IMG/VR virus record: IMGVR_UViG_3300032232_000294
Span: 1 to 38,755 of that record
Length of the DNA: 38,755 bases
Strand: one strand, 5' to 3'
Origin: a virus
Taxonomy: Duplodnaviria; Caudoviricetes
The notes under the pieces were generated by a model. That model searched no databases. It saw only the letters and a list, made by a program, of their open reading frames with translations, and was not told the origin of the DNA. How positions within the stretch are numbered: position 1 is the first letter of the stretch; each line of letters opens with the position of its first letter. Made by a program: the position numbers and the translations under genes. This document shows, in pieces, positions 7,668-15,686 of the stretch.

Positions 7668-9922
7668 TACATCATTCCTTCGGGTGCTTCAGGGGCTTGT
7701 TCTGGCATTTCCATTTGAGGTTGTTCACCCATCTCAGGTTGCTCACCCATTTCAGGGGCTTCCTGCATCTGTTCGTCCATCTGCGGTACTTCGCGCATCT
7801 CAGGTGAACCGCCGATCAAGTCGCCTGTATCCAGTGCGCCTGCAATCGTACCCATGACAATATCTTGAATTTGCTCAGGTGTCATGCTGTTCTGTACCGC
7901 AGAGATGCGCTTGGTTTCAGCTTCGTAAGCCTGCACTTCAGCCTTGTACTTGTCGATGGCAATCTTCTGCTGCTCTGCGCTATCTTGGATATTTTCCATG
8001 ATGTCAGACACGCGGTTGAGTTCTTGCGACAGGGCTTCAATCTGTTGCTTGGCAGCCATGACTTCTGGCGACTGATCGCCTTCTTCCAAGACTTTAGGGT
8101 CAAGGATTTTCTTAAACCGTGCTGCCATTTCCTGCGCGCCGGGCCAATCCATGTTCTTGATGAACAAATCGCCAGCCACAGTCCAAAGCTGCGGGTTGGA
8201 TTGCAGAATCGTTGACATGGCGTCAAGCGCCTCTTGACGCTTGGTCATGTAGCCGGGGCCAGTGGTGACCATAACATCGTATGTGCCGATTGACGGGTTG
8301 TAGATTTTCTCTATTATACCGCCGTTTTGGTCGCGGATTTCCTTAACAGGCTCTGGCTGCATTGGATCCATTTTGACCATGCTGACTTCGCCATCAACGC
8401 CAATGATACGCGCAATGCGCTGTGTGTCGTAAATCTTGGGGATAATATCGACAAGCTGGCGGGTAATATGACGGATCGCACGGGCTAAGTTATCTACATA
8501 GTGATACGTTCCAACATCGCCCTGCTTTTCGCGTGCGGTAATGGCTTTTGCAGACCGTTCGTTGCCTTGTTCGCCCAAAGATGCGTCGTACTGGCCGGTG
8601 GTGGACTTAATGTCCTCACCAGCGCCCATTTTAGCCTGTATGAGCCCTGTTTGGGGTAGCGGGGGTGCTGCACGCTGCGGAAGCGGTAATGTGTTCCCAG
8701 CGCCGTCTGTGACGTCTGGATTGACTTCCAAATACGGCCAGTTGGTCGTGTTGGCAGTCTTCCACTGGTTTTCGTAGCCTTCAAACTGGCCGCCATAGGC
8801 AATAAAGGGCGCTTTTGGCGCCAGCGCAAGCATTTCTGCCTCTTGGCTGGTCCAGTAGTTGTACATACGCTGGGCGTCTTTGGCGTTGCGGACCAGACCA
8901 GATACGTAAATTTGGCCTTGCACTTCAAATTCGTTGCCTACGACGCGCACGACGGGTATCCAGCTACCGGGCCACTCGCGTTCGTCAAGCACATCATAGC
9001 CATTGGTCTTCATCCACATGACTTTTTTGCGGTCTACTTCGCGTGTGCGGACAGGTTTGCCGTACATGGCGCGTAATTGCTTATCCATGTCGGTGTTTTT
9101 GAACGCAGATACGTTATCAGGGTACAAATTCAGCGTTTCACGCTTGCGTTTGTAGTAAAAATACTCCGCGATGCGGACAGTGTCCTCGTCAAGCCATGCG
9201 GATAGGCTTTCATCGCCAACGGCGGTAGACATGATCGACGAAATAGGTGACGCGTCTGGAAATTCGCGCTCATACTCTTCTTTGGTCATGTCCTGCGTGA
9301 CAAAACACCATTCAGCATCAGAGCCGCATGGGTCTTGGATCGTTGGGTCCATGTAGACCGAAAACGAGTTGCGGACGCGCATAATACGAACGTCTTGGTC
9401 GAAGGTTTCTTCGTTACAATATTCTGTAATTAGACGAATGTAACCTTCACCATACGTTACCTGATTGTCGCAGGCTGTGTCGTAGGCGACATCAGCGTCG
9501 GACATATATTCGATGTGCCGCACGACACCGTCAAAAATAGCGGCGACTTCAACGTCAGCCGTATCATCGACGGGTATTACTTTACCCGCAGGGCGGTTCT
9601 GGCGCTGCTCGTTTGTTACTTGACGGACGTGCTGCGGCAGTTTGTTGATTGTCAAGCAAGGACGTGCGTTGATCGTCTGGCCCTGCACCGCGCCGCGGGT
9701 CGCCAACACGTCGGCAGGCCACTGCCACTGGTTGTCAGGGCTGCCGGCCATAAACCGTAGATCGTCTAGTTCATCTTCACGGCTGTCCGACAGCGCCGCC
9801 ATACCCATCTGCATACGATGGCGCATGGTTGCCATTGTATCAGGGTCACCGCGGGTGTTCGCTGGATCGCTACCGCGGTCAGCTACATCGCCTACTTTGT
9901 TAATACCTGTCGGATCAGCCAT
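7667..9922 (-). CDS. Portal protein, P22 gp1-like
   Basis: 751 aa; QW..RPCLTINKL..NEQRQNRP, GLVRNAKDAQRMYNYW; C-terminal coiled coil; downstream of terL. Confidence 0.92.
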   Translation of the reverse strand: MADPTGINKVGDVADRGSDPANTRGDPDTMATMRHRMQMGMAALSDSREDELDDLRFMAGSPDNQWQWPADVLATRGAVQGQTINARPCLTINKLPQHVRQVTNEQRQNRPAGKVIPVDDTADVEVAAIFDGVVRHIEYMSDADVAYDTACDNQVTYGEGYIRLITEYCNEETFDQDVRIMRVRNSFSVYMDPTIQDPCGSDAEWCFVTQDMTKEEYEREFPDASPISSIMSTAVGDESLSAWLDEDTVRIAEYFYYKRKRETLNLYPDNVSAFKNTDMDKQLRAMYGKPVRTREVDRKKVMWMKTNGYDVLDEREWPGSWIPVVRVVGNEFEVQGQIYVSGLVRNAKDAQRMYNYWTSQEAEMLALAPKAPFIAYGGQFEGYENQWKTANTTNWPYLEVNPDVTDGAGNTLPLPQRAAPPLPQTGLIQAKMGAGEDIKSTTGQYDASLGEQGNERSAKAITAREKQGDVGTYHYVDNLARAIRHITRQLVDIIPKIYDTQRIARIIGVDGEVSMVKMDPMQPEPVKEIRDQNGGIIEKIYNPSIGTYDVMVTTGPGYMTKRQEALDAMSTILQSNPQLWTVAGDLFIKNMDWPGAQEMAARFKKILDPKVLEEGDQSPEVMAAKQQIEALSQELNRVSDIMENIQDSAEQQKIAIDKYKAEVQAYEAETKRISAVQNSMTPEQIQDIVMGTIAGALDTGDLIGGSPEMREVPQMDEQMQEAPEMGEQPEMGEQPQMEMPEQAPEAPEGMM

Positions 9923-9927
9923 TGTGG

Positions 9928-10068
9928 TTACTTTTTACCTTTTTTAGCGGCTTCGCGCTTTACGCTATACGCAATTGCAACCGACTGTTTGACAGGCTTT
10001 CCAGCAGCAATTTCTGCTTTAATGTTCTTGCGGAACGCAGAACCGCTAGGTGATTTAACCAGCGGCAC
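9928..10068 (-). CDS. Small basic phage protein (46 aa)
   Basis: GTG start; MPLVKSPSGSAFRKNIKAEIAAGKPVKQSVAIAYSVKREAAKKGKK; the KQAVAIA-type motif is common between terL and portal. Confidence 0.7.
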   Translation of the reverse strand: MPLVKSPSGSAFRKNIKAEIAAGKPVKQSVAIAYSVKREAAKKGKK

Positions 10069-10069
10069 T

Positions 10070-10333
10070 TTAGCGTTTCTTTGCCGCTGGCGAAGACTTC
10101 ATGTCAGTGGTTATGCGTGTGACTTGTACAGGTTTCGGTACAGGTTTTGTCGCTGCAATTTTAGCTGGCATCTTAACTGCCGAGCGCCCGCCCGATGGGT
10201 TTGTCGTGCCTTCTTGCGCCGTAATCTTTGCGGCTGCGGCCTTGCGGGCTGGGTCGTTGTTAGCAATCGCGGCCTTTTCAGCCTTTACAGTACCAACTTT
10301 GTACAGTGCGCGTGTGTATTTATTAGCTGGCAT
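10070..10333 (-). CDS. Basic Lys/Ala-rich hypothetical protein
   Basis: MPANKYTRALYK...; fills the gap directly after the terL stop. Confidence 0.65.
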   Translation of the reverse strand: MPANKYTRALYKVGTVKAEKAAIANNDPARKAAAAKITAQEGTTNPSGGRSAVKMPAKIAATKPVPKPVQVTRITTDMKSSPAAKKR

Positions 10334-10335
10334 GA

Positions 10336-11871
10336 TTAAGAACCCATCCATGATGTAGAAATTCCAGCGGCAGAATACCCGCTTGTGCGCCGTCTGTCAA
10401 CGCGTCCTTGTCGAATATCTATTGACGCGACAGGAAAGGCAAACGTGACCGCTATGGCGTCCGCTGCGTCAGGTGACGCCAGCCCGCGTGACTTCATATC
10501 TTTCTTGCTTTCGAGGAACAGCGTACCCTTGCTGTCAGGCTTGGTGCGCGGGCTGATGAGGTCTGTCTTCAGGAACCTATCTGTCGGTATGTGTCCGGTT
10601 CTGAGCCAGTCACGCATGGCGCCCCACATCTCTGCGCGCTTGTTGCCCCACATGATCTGGTTCTTGGCCTTATTACCAAAGTTCACGCCGCGTATCTTGT
10701 ACCGCTGTTCCTTCAGCCGGTCCACGACGCCTGCGCCTAGCCCGCCTTCGTCGATGCAGACCAGTGCAGGCTTGAACTGCTCGATGGCGTCGATGACGTA
10801 GCCAGCCACTTCCATCGTGTCTGCGCCGCGGTGTCTCCGCAACTCTAGGATGTCCCGGCCCTGCCGTATGGCGATGACGGTAGCGTCAGCCCCGAAGCGT
10901 GCAGGATCGACGCCTATGACGATGGGCGCTGTGTCATCTTTGACAGGTGGCCGCTTCATGGCATCGTCAACCAGATTGCTGCCAATGAACTGATCGTCAC
11001 CTTCACTGGGGAAGTTACCGTAGACTTCGACACTGGCTTGGTAGCTGTCTGGCCCGTACTCGTCGATGATGCGCTGGTACAGGTGTTTGTCCGTACCCTC
11101 GACATCGCGGGCGTCGATTGTGCGTGTTGACCAAAACGCCCGCTTGCTGTGGAAGGTTTCGTAGAAATACCCTGTGTTCCGCCGCGGGTTGGAGAAAGCC
11201 AGATGGAAGCGGTGCGGCGTATTTTCTGTAAAGAAACCATCACTCACCGACCAGATGCTGTCAGGTATACCGCTGGCTTCGTCGAAGATTAGCATCACAC
11301 CGTCGAAGTTGTGGACACCCGCGTAGGCGTCGGGGTTCTCTTCGGACCACAGCCGGCCCTCGACTGACCAGTAGCGCGTGCCTTTCTTCAGGTCGCGCTC
11401 GACCAGTTCCGTCAGCCACTTGGCTGGCATGATCCGTGTGGCTGCTATCTCGAACCAGTGACTGTTAAGGCTCATGGCCAGCCACTTGGTAATTTCTGCC
11501 CATGTCACTGACCGCAACTGCGCTTCGGAGTTTGCCGACACGATGGTCGTTGATCCAATGCGTGAGGACAGCATCCATATCGTCAACCAACTGACTAAAG
11601 CTGACTTGCCAATACCGCGTCCTGACGCAATCGCCATCCGCGCAGTTGAGAAGTCTACCTTACCGTTGTTCTCTTTGATGTGGTCACGCAAGTCAGCTAG
11701 TATCTGGCGCTGCCATTTACGCGGGCCGGGGAAGTGTTCCAGCGGCGTACCTTGTTGGCCCCACGGAAATGTGTACAGGACAAATGCTAGTGGGTCATCC
11801 TTCAGGGACGGGGACCACAGCCTTGCCATTAACTCCATTTCGTCTTGGGCTGAATATATTGGCGCTTGCAT
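10336..11871 (-). CDS. terL: Terminase large subunit
   Basis: Walker A ASGRGIGKS, Walker B LIFDEA, coupling motif FSNP, nuclease IGVDPARFG..D and SPDAADA. Confidence 0.95.
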   Translation of the reverse strand: MQAPIYSAQDEMELMARLWSPSLKDDPLAFVLYTFPWGQQGTPLEHFPGPRKWQRQILADLRDHIKENNGKVDFSTARMAIASGRGIGKSALVSWLTIWMLSSRIGSTTIVSANSEAQLRSVTWAEITKWLAMSLNSHWFEIAATRIMPAKWLTELVERDLKKGTRYWSVEGRLWSEENPDAYAGVHNFDGVMLIFDEASGIPDSIWSVSDGFFTENTPHRFHLAFSNPRRNTGYFYETFHSKRAFWSTRTIDARDVEGTDKHLYQRIIDEYGPDSYQASVEVYGNFPSEGDDQFIGSNLVDDAMKRPPVKDDTAPIVIGVDPARFGADATVIAIRQGRDILELRRHRGADTMEVAGYVIDAIEQFKPALVCIDEGGLGAGVVDRLKEQRYKIRGVNFGNKAKNQIMWGNKRAEMWGAMRDWLRTGHIPTDRFLKTDLISPRTKPDSKGTLFLESKKDMKSRGLASPDAADAIAVTFAFPVASIDIRQGRVDRRRTSGYSAAGISTSWMGS

Positions 11872-12301
11872 TTGTGTTGTCCTCTAGCTGCGCTGGGGCT
11901 GTCACGTCTGTGTACAGCCCTTCGATGACGCGCGTCTGTGCTTTTTCCAGCGCGCCTGTAATGCTTATCTGTTGGTCGATGTTCACGTCAATTTGCTGCT
12001 TGGCTACCCAGCCGTGCTGATGCTTGAGTATCTCCAGCGCGGCCTTAGCGTCGCCATCGCGCGCCGCTTCGTACATGGTCTTGCCGGCGGTGTATTCACC
12101 GTCGGTGCGCCCCTTGATCTCAGCCATCTCGACCAGCGGGTCGGACTCCGCCAGCACGCGAAACTGCCGTGGGGTCATGCCAGCCGCCATAGCGAGGCTA
12201 TCACCCTTTAGCCCGTAGCGGGCGGCTTCATAGATTGCCTCCAGCCGCGACTCGGTGGCCTGCGTCCGCTCGGGTGTAAATGGCAGTGAGTAAAAAGTCA
12301 T
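11795..12301 (-). CDS. terS: Terminase small subunit (probable start ATG 12301)
   Basis: HTH-like N-terminus; GDAKAALEILKHQHGW; directly upstream of and overlapping terL. Confidence 0.75.
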   Translation of the reverse strand: MTFYSLPFTPERTQATESRLEAIYEAARYGLKGDSLAMAAGMTPRQFRVLAESDPLVEMAEIKGRTDGEYTAGKTMYEAARDGDAKAALEILKHQHGWVAKQQIDVNIDQQISITGALEKAQTRVIEGLYTDVTAPAQLEDNTNASANIFSPRRNGVNGKAVVPVPEG

Positions 12302-12308
12302 TGGGCGT

Positions 12309-12337
12309 ACTATAGTGTGTTGCATCTTAATATGCAA
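12309..12337 (-). promoter_or_regulatory. Sigma70-like late promoter TTGCAT-N17-TATAGT, probably leaderless terS mRNA
   Basis: The -10 lies 7 nt from ATG 12301, with no SD; overlaps the dyad TGCATCTTAATATGCA. Confidence 0.65.
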
Positions 12338-12453
12338 AAAAATAAAAATTGTCTGACACCAACATTTAGAAATAAAAAAAATTGTTTGCGACCCGTGACC
12401 GTGTCAGTCACGCGGCGCTCGGCCCTGCCACCCCCCACCCCCTGCCCGGAGCT

Positions 12454-12599
12454 ATTGAGAATGATTCGCAGTAGCAGATTCTGGGATGGCCTTTCCCTTA
12501 TTGCTAATGACTCGCATTAAGAAAAACATATTGCTGCTGCTAATGCGAATGAGTCGCAACAATCCATGTGGCGCTAGCTTATTGCGAATGATTCGCAGT
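12454..12599. promoter_or_regulatory. Four 19-bp Fur-box-like palindromes, each containing GANTC
   Basis: ATTGAGAATGATTCGCAGT (12454), ATTGCTAATGACTCGCATT (12500), AATGCGAATGAGTCGCAAC (12542), ATTGCGAATGATTCGCAGT (12581). Confidence 0.6.
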
Positions 12600-12966
12600 T
12601 AGGCGATCTAGGCTATCCTCTTACAAGTCGCTAACGAATAACTTGACGTTAACGTAAACGTCAAGTCTAGGCGATCTAGGCTATCCTCAAACAAGTCGCC
12701 GACGAACCGAGTGATTGCTTTACGTTAACGTCAAGTCTAGGCGATCTAGGCTATCTAGGCTATCGGTTTTCAAGTCGCGCGAAAATAACGCGGCGTTACC
12801 GCACGCGGCTATTTTGCATTTTACCCTATAATGCATATAATTTTATTCATTTTATCGGTGACTATAAAACCAATAGCCTAGATCGCCTAACTAGGCTTGT
12901 AACGCGCGCAAATGAGCCGTTTAAAAATAGTCATTTTACCCGGTCGCATAGCCTAGATTGCGCCTA
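12600..12966. repeat. Iteron-like repeats flanking an AT-rich tract; candidate replication origin
   Basis: TAGGCGATCTAGGCTATC at 12600, 12668 and 12738; inverted copies at 12873..12889 and 12948..12966; AT-rich 12811..12870. Confidence 0.65.
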
Positions 12967-12975
12967 TTTTACGCT

Positions 12976-13022
12976 TGCAACATATTTTGTTGTTGACATA
13001 CTATTTAAGAAGGTAATATAAG
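12976..13022 (+). promoter_or_regulatory. Early promoter (TTGACA 12993..12998; -10 TATAAG or TAATAT) with upstream dyad
   Basis: Consensus -35 upstream of the GGAG RBS and the first + strand ORF. Confidence 0.6.
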
Positions 13023-13053
13023 AGGGCATCAACAACGCAATGGAGTAAGTAAC

Positions 13054-13242
13054 ATGATTGACTACGTAGACATCGCAAATCGCCGCTGGACTATCCGCCG
13101 GACTTGCATCGACACACCGGGCCGCGCATATGCTGCCCGCCTTGTCGATGACTTTGACCGCGATGTGTTGCCAGAATTAGGCATCGGCTTTTACGCCGAA
13201 ACAATTGACGACATCCGCCACCAATTAAACGGGGGTAACTAA
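13054..13242 (+). CDS. Hypothetical early protein
   Basis: GGAG RBS; first gene of the + strand cluster. Confidence 0.7.
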   Translation: MIDYVDIANRRWTIRRTCIDTPGRAYAARLVDDFDRDVLPELGIGFYAETIDDIRHQLNGGN

Positions 13243-13243
13243 T

Positions 13244-13459
13244 ATGAGCCGCGAATATATCATATGGGGCAAGCCACCGCATAGCGATGACGAAACTCTT
13301 TTAGTGTCCGAAACCGCGGGCATTGCCAGCATGGAACAAGCGCAACGCGTCATCGCAACGCTAACAGACGTGCACGGGTGCACTCAATGCCGTGTGCAAG
13401 TGTTTACGCTTGGCAACGGCGCAGACGTTATAAACGCATTTAAAGGAGCAATTGCATGA
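13244..13459 (+). CDS. Hypothetical early protein
   Basis: GGGGG RBS-like; coupled to its neighbours. Confidence 0.7.
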   Translation: MSREYIIWGKPPHSDDETLLVSETAGIASMEQAQRVIATLTDVHGCTQCRVQVFTLGNGADVINAFKGAIA

Positions 13460-13665
13460 CACAGAGAACCCGCGACTATCGTTTTGATCTTATCGACAAA
13501 GCTAACGCAATGGGCATAACCCTTGACGGGGAGATTGCTGCCATGGCTGGCGCTCGCAACACCTTTGGTGTTGTCCGCCTGTTGAGCGGCAAGGGCGGCG
13601 ATGTCGAATATTCATGGTCTGCCATTGCGCGCATTTTAGACAACGGCGGCAAGTTCGTTAGCTAA
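13456..13665 (+). CDS. Hypothetical early protein
   Basis: AAGGAG RBS; ATGA overlap. Confidence 0.7.
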   Translation: MTQRTRDYRFDLIDKANAMGITLDGEIAAMAGARNTFGVVRLLSGKGGDVEYSWSAIARILDNGGKFVS

Positions 13666-13708
13666 CGCCACCGGAGCGCGGAGCAATCCGCGCCGAGGCT
13701 GGCGCTAG
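13662..13708 (+). ncRNA. Candidate structured RNA element (nested stem with GCAA tetraloop)
   Basis: GCGCGGA-GCAA-TCCGCGC inside CGCCA...TGGCG; no U-tract. Confidence 0.35.
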
Positions 13709-13730
13709 TGCCAATATAGGAGTGAGTGAC

Positions 13731-13958
13731 ATGACTAAATTCGAAACAGGTAAAACATACTATACCCGTAGCGTTGCGGATTATGACACGATTGTGCGCG
13801 TCACTGTCGCCAAGCGCACCGACAAGACAATAGTGACCGCGCTAGGCGACCGCCTACGCATTAACGTCTGGAATGACGTGGAACAGGTCAAGCCTTGGGG
13901 TTCGTTCTCTATGGCGCCAATCGTGGGCGCTGACCGCTTACTGGATGCCGTAGCATGA
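13731..13958 (+). CDS. Hypothetical early protein (MTKFETGKTYYTRS...)
   Basis: AGGAG RBS; F..GKTY..RS / VAKRTDKT pattern seen in small phage proteins. Confidence 0.75.
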   Translation: MTKFETGKTYYTRSVADYDTIVRVTVAKRTDKTIVTALGDRLRINVWNDVEQVKPWGSFSMAPIVGADRLLDAVA

Positions 13959-14044
13959 TCGCGCACGCTTTAGCCCTAGCGGGCTTTGCCGCCGTGCTTG
14001 TGCTATCAATCACAGCAATCATCATCACATTAAAAGGAAACTGA
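13955..14044 (+). CDS. 29-aa membrane micropeptide
   Basis: MIAHALALAGFAAVLVLSITAIIITLKGN; ATGA overlap; ends within repeat copy 1. Confidence 0.55.
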   Translation: MIAHALALAGFAAVLVLSITAIIITLKGN

Positions 14045-14047
14045 ACC

Positions 14048-14338
14048 ATGACTTGGACAATCGACGGATGCATCTCAATGCAAAACTTGGACATCGTGCG
14101 CGGCGATAATCGCATCGCTATGCTTGACTGCGAAAACGAGGCGCTATGCGATGGCGACATTCTCGCCAACGCCCGGCTAATCGCCGCCGCGCCTGACCTA
14201 TTGGCAGCATTGGAAGCATTTGAATTGTGGACGGACGCGCTGGCAAACGCTGGTGAAATGACACCCGACGCATGGGTTGAGTTGGACAAGTTGCACCAAA
14301 AGGCTTGCTCGGCAATCGACAAAGCAAAAGGAAACTGA
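14048..14338 (+). CDS. Phage early protein with ANARLIAAAPDLL motif
   Basis: Motif widespread in small phage accessory proteins; AAGGA RBS. Confidence 0.75.
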   Translation: MTWTIDGCISMQNLDIVRGDNRIAMLDCENEALCDGDILANARLIAAAPDLLAALEAFELWTDALANAGEMTPDAWVELDKLHQKACSAIDKAKGN

Positions 14339-14341
14339 ACC

Positions 14342-14437
14342 ATGACAGACAACCAATTCAATTTTGCAATTCACGCCGGCGCGTTTGTGTTCATCGTGCT
14401 TGCCATTAACATTTACGCAGCATTTCAAGGAAACTGA
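14342..14437 (+). CDS. 31-aa membrane micropeptide
   Basis: MTDNQFNFAIHAGAFVFIVLAINIYAAFQGN; bounded exactly by repeat copies 2 and 3. Confidence 0.6.
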   Translation: MTDNQFNFAIHAGAFVFIVLAINIYAAFQGN

Positions 14438-14440
14438 ACC

Positions 14441-14689
14441 ATGACACAAGATCGCAATTATCTCAGAATGTTGTCAGATGCAGAGCTCGTGCGAACAGCA
14501 TTAGACCGCAACCACGAACTGGCTGTAGTGTTAGCCGAACGCCTTGCCGAACTGCTAAACGTTGAGGCGGAACTAGCAGACGCAAAAGCCGAAATAGAGG
14601 ACTTAGATAAGCACTGGACTAGGAGCAGGGAGGAAGCCAACGCCCTGAGCGCCGAATTAGAGGCTATCTACACCCTGACAACCAAATGA
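14441..14689 (+). CDS. Coiled-coil hypothetical protein
   Basis: Heptad pattern; RBS lies in repeat copy 3. Confidence 0.7.
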   Translation: MTQDRNYLRMLSDAELVRTALDRNHELAVVLAERLAELLNVEAELADAKAEIEDLDKHWTRSREEANALSAELEAIYTLTTK

Positions 14690-14745
14690 CCGCGTTATTG
14701 GCTGGCGCGGCCCTTTTCCTATTAACCTTATTATTAGAGGATTGA
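14686..14745 (+). CDS. Possible 19-aa hydrophobic peptide
   Basis: MTALLAGAALFLLTLLLED; ATGA overlap; fills the gap exactly. Confidence 0.4.
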   Translation: MTALLAGAALFLLTLLLED

Positions 14746-14748
14746 CCA

Positions 14749-14910
14749 ATGAACCAATACGAAATCGCAATTGCGGGCCTGTTAGGGCTGCAAACCATTA
14801 CATTAATCATTTTATGGCGGACGCATTTAGATCGTGAATGGTTCCGCATGGCATGGCTACGCGAGGGAACCGAATTACTAAACATCAAACGGGAACAAGA
14901 AAATGATTAA
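14749..14910 (+). CDS. 53-aa single-TM protein
   Basis: GAGG RBS; MNQYEIAIAGLLGLQTITLIILWR... Confidence 0.6.
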   Translation: MNQYEIAIAGLLGLQTITLIILWRTHLDREWFRMAWLREGTELLNIKREQEND

Positions 14911-15037
14911 GACACCACAGCAAGCCGCGCCATTAGGGCGTAAATACAGAGTAAGCTCAGAGTCCGCATGGCCATTACGCGACTTAAACGGGAAAACGTG
15001 GGCCGAACGCCGCAAAGAAAAGGAGCAAGGCAAGTGA
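14903..15037 (+). CDS. 44-aa basic hypothetical protein
   Basis: MIKTPQQAAPLGRKYRVSSESAWPLRDLNGKTWAERRKEKEQGK; overlaps both neighbours. Confidence 0.5.
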   Translation: MIKTPQQAAPLGRKYRVSSESAWPLRDLNGKTWAERRKEKEQGK

Positions 15038-15219
15038 GCCGCCCTATGTTTTACCCAATGGGCCCTATGGCTGTAGGCGATACCGCGACAATGCCTGCAG
15101 ACAAGCCCGGTATGGCAAAACGTATTAGTCGCAACACATCACAATATGGCCAGCGGCACGATAAACATTTTATCTGTCGAACTAAAGATGGTTTAACCAC
15201 AATTACAAGGATGAGGTGA
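15034..15219 (+). CDS. Small putative DNA-binding protein (GTG start)
   Basis: AAGGAG RBS; YP...MAVGD...F.CRT....ITR pattern of small phage proteins. Confidence 0.55.
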   Translation: MSRPMFYPMGPMAVGDTATMPADKPGMAKRISRNTSQYGQRHDKHFICRTKDGLTTITRMR

Positions 15220-15222
15220 TTT

Positions 15223-15510
15223 ATGCCAAGAGGAATAATAGAGCCGTGGGACGATGAAATGTTTGCCCGCGCAGCAGGATTGAAACGAGCGGGGTTTAGC
15301 TCAAAAGTAATTGCCGAACGTCTAGGCGTCAGCGTGGGTTCATTGCGTATGCGTATGCAAAGGGGCAACGTCAAAGCTAGGTTAGATGGGCGCGGGGGCA
15401 ATTACGGAATTGGAGAGCAGTTTAAAAAAGGCCCTGTTTCGTTACGCAACATGGAAGAAACATTTGACGCAATGGTATTGATGACATCGCCAGAGGAACA
15501 AAGCAAATGA
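15223..15510 (+). CDS. GcrA-like N-terminal HTH protein
   Basis: WDDE...LKRAGFSSKVIAERLGVS resembles the GcrA N-terminus (W.DE...L...G.S...IA..LG.VS). Confidence 0.55.
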   Translation: MPRGIIEPWDDEMFARAAGLKRAGFSSKVIAERLGVSVGSLRMRMQRGNVKARLDGRGGNYGIGEQFKKGPVSLRNMEETFDAMVLMTSPEEQSK

Positions 15511-15686
15511 CCGACCAAAATGGATATATGAAACTGACACGCACCCCTGCGGTGCGTTCATCTAATGACCCCAACACCTTTACCAACCACCTGACTACCG
15601 CAAGCGGCGGAATAGGCGATAGGGTGACGGATGAAACCGCCACGCATTACATGATGCATCACTTTTGGATCGAAGAAAAGAAATGA
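15507..15686 (+). CDS. 59-aa hypothetical protein
   Basis: GAGG RBS; ATGA overlap; MTDQNGYMKLTRTPAVRSS... Confidence 0.55.
   Translation: MTDQNGYMKLTRTPAVRSSNDPNTFTNHLTTASGGIGDRVTDETATHYMMHHFWIEEKK

Larger units (their letters stand above)
14032..14445 (+). repeat. Three copies of (AA)AAGGAAACTGAACCATGAC (RBS + stop + start)
   Basis: 14032..14052, 14326..14346 and 14427..14445; the 19-bp core is identical. Confidence 0.9.

Noticed and set aside
7680-7780. PEMGEQ tandem repeat at the portal C-terminus
   Set aside because: Low-complexity disordered tail, common in such portals.
12600-12780. Mini-CRISPR array (68-70-bp period)
   Set aside because: The spacers resemble each other, the repeats have internal 9-bp subunits and inverted copies, and there is no cas operon; DUF2800 is a standard replication-module nuclease.
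12338-13053. tRNA, attP or CtrA boxes in the large intergenic region
   Set aside because: No cloverleaf or T-loop motif, no integrase, and no TTAA-N7-TTAA found by eye.
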